Origin: Candidatus Kaiserbacteria bacterium
GTDB lineage: Bacteria; Patescibacteriota; Minisyncoccia; Phycocordibacterales; UBA918
Length of the DNA: 34,847 nucleotides
Assembly (NCBI GenBank): GCA_043771035.1
Contig: JAYVHQ010000020.1
Span: 1-34,847 of the forward strand
Reading direction: 5' to 3'
Below, in pieces: positions 33,921 through 34,847 of the stretch. A program made the position numbers and the translations under genes. The stretch's first letter is position 1. Each line of letters opens with the position of its first letter. The notes below the pieces were generated by a model that saw only the letters and a list, made by a program, of their open reading frames with translations, ran no database searches and had not been told where the DNA came from.

Positions 33921-34847
33921 ATGGACACGATTCACGATTTTTTACACTCGCTTATTAATCATCTTGTTCCGCATGAGGGGAATGACTATCGGCCGCACCT
34001 CCTGCAGCGCGGGGCGATGATTATGATGCTGATTCTAATCCTGCTGTCGTTCCTCGCGGCAAACTTTCAAGCACTCTTGTGGCAGTCATCTGATTGGCTC
34101 GTGGGAGCAGTTTTGCCGGCAGTCGTGGTTGATTTAACAAATACACAGCGGCTAGAGATGGCATTGTCTGTCCTTGTTCGAAATCCGGTACTTGATGCTG
34201 CAGCCACCCTAAAAGCCCAAGACATGGCGAAAAATAGCTATTTCTCTCACGATAGTCCGACTGGCGTCACGCCCTGGCACTGGTTCAAAGAAGCGGGGTA
34301 CCCATTTGTGAACGCGGGTGAAAACTTGGCAGTGTATTTTAGTGATTCGGGTGAGGTAGTAGACGCGTGGATGAAATCTCCAACCCACCGGGCAAATATT
34401 GTCGGTAGTCAGTACCGTGAGATTGGTGTCGGTACAGCAAAAGGTACCTATGACGGATTTGATACCGTGTTCGTGGTGCAATTATTCGGTACGCCGGCCA
34501 TACCTACTGTCCCAGCCCCTGCCGTGGTGGCACAAGCCGTGCCGGTGACACTTGCGCCACTGCAAATTGCGACCATAGAGACAAATGCAGCCGCAGTTGA
34601 GGGTGAGTCACGTAGTAATCAACCGCTCGTGGCGGGTGAAATGAGTAATGAACCTGAGACTGGTGTGACGAAGGAAACAAACGAATTAGCTGAAGCATTG
34701 GTGCCAAAAACCGCCACGCCAGTTCGTGATGTAAAAGAACTAGGAGCGGTTGTGCCCGAGACAACAAGTGAGACTGTTACCGACAACACACTTCCACCGG
34801 AGGCGTTTAGGGAAGATGCTAAAGTTATGATGGGTGCAGCCGAGGCT
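33921..34847 (+). CDS. CAP (SCP) domain protein, 3'-truncated by the window edge
   Basis: Absent from the ORF track (no stop in window). Translates to PHEGNDYRPHLL...LTNTQR...KAQDM..YFSHDSP..GENLA..AWMKSPTHRANI..EIGVG..VVQLFG. Confidence 0.9.
   Translation, partial: MDTIHDFLHSLINHLVPHEGNDYRPHLLQRGAMIMMLILILLSFLAANFQALLWQSSDWLVGAVLPAVVVDLTNTQRLEMALSVLVRNPVLDAAATLKAQDMAKNSYFSHDSPTGVTPWHWFKEAGYPFVNAGENLAVYFSDSGEVVDAWMKSPTHRANIVGSQYREIGVGTAKGTYDGFDTVFVVQLFGTPAIPTVPAPAVVAQAVPVTLAPLQIATIETNAAAVEGESRSNQPLVAGEMSNEPETGVTKETNELAEALVPKTATPVRDVKELGAVVPETTSETVTDNTLPPEAFREDAKVMMGAAEA

Noticed and set aside
33807-33935. Longer start for the antitoxin-like ORF (and 23145 for secG)
   Set aside because: The extensions cross promoter-like sequence, and the antitoxin one overlaps the divergent CAP gene; internal ATGs follow -10 boxes.
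34209-34767. Two minus-strand ORFs at the right end
   Set aside because: They are shadows of the plus-strand CAP-domain gene starting at 33921.

Overview
Bacterial chromosomal window, most likely from a Patescibacteria/CPR (Parcubacteria-like) genome. This is inferred from gene content: secG-SBP-rnj order, a GH1/EamA/GH-A cluster, an Fe-S-less MutY, a CAP protein and VLGA-motif surface proteins. It holds about 30 CDSs. (1) A four-gene block (919-5582) has two MATCAP/DUF1704-type HExxxH metallopeptidases flanking two CphA/GshF-type ATP-grasp ligases, a candidate reversible peptide-tagging (writer/eraser) system. (2) A roughly 80-bp three-hairpin element (GTGAG-P1-CGCAAGA-P2-ACAG-P3) occurs seven times. 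Its stems covary, it has no TIR or TSD, and it sits inside other palindromic repeats, inside another copy of itself and inside a duplicated gene start. (3) A roughly 320-nt GC-rich multi-hairpin region with a terminator (14745-15064) is a candidate ncRNA. (4) Many genes have a -10 hexamer 6-10 nt before the ATG, suggesting leaderless mRNAs. (5) A surface-protein locus includes a class F sortase and a 1674-aa multidomain protein. No rRNA, tRNA, CRISPR array or transposase was found. All family calls come from motif recognition by eye, not from database searches.
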